Below, piece by piece: positions 19,881-20,000 of a DNA stretch of 20,000 nt; position 1 is the stretch's first letter, and the number at the start of each line of letters is the position of its first letter. The stretch comes from Catajapyx aquilonaris (taxonomy: Eukaryota): the NCBI GenBank assembly GCA_000934665.2, contig JYFJ02001946.1, positions 46,488 to 66,487 of the forward strand, written 5' to 3'. The translations under genes and the position numbers were made by a program. Below the pieces are notes generated by a model. That model was not told the origin of the DNA, did no database searches, and saw only the letters and a program-made list of their open reading frames with translations.

Positions 19881-20000
19881 TCATGGAAATCACGAACACC
19901 ACCGATAGTGGGGGCTCTTAGGGTCCAAATTCGACCAGATGGGGACAGGTTGGACAAAAGCACCAATTTTTTTCCATGGAATCTGTATTGCTTACGCTTT

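Noticed and set aside
19900..20000. Possible DNA transposon terminus where C/D homology ends
   Set aside because: Cut by the window edge; no partner TIR visible.

Overview
Eukaryotic DNA with spliceosomal introns, AT-rich, probably an invertebrate animal; no prokaryotic, CRISPR, rRNA or tRNA features seen. The left end holds a SPO11 gene on + (seven exons, 846-2448, catalytic Tyr and Toprim acidic residues intact; the 5' exon is possibly 1-238). The rest is built from two old tandem duplications. Duplication A/B (~2203-5155 and ~5350-11175) begins inside SPO11, leaves a SPO11 3' pseudogene fragment, and gives two intact paralogues of a 128-aa retropepsin-like orphan gene with a non-canonical D-T-T motif. 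Duplication C/D (~11640-13670 and ~14985-19900) carries a 323-aa basic orphan protein with a C-terminal CxxC..CxxC Zn ribbon and a conserved family of ~70-nt pre-miRNA-like hairpins. Copy D is split by a ~3-kb insertion carrying an F-box/LRR gene. MITEs (Harbinger-like, Tc2-like), a Helitron-like fragment and microsatellites are interspersed. All alignments were made by eye; no database searches or folding computations were run.
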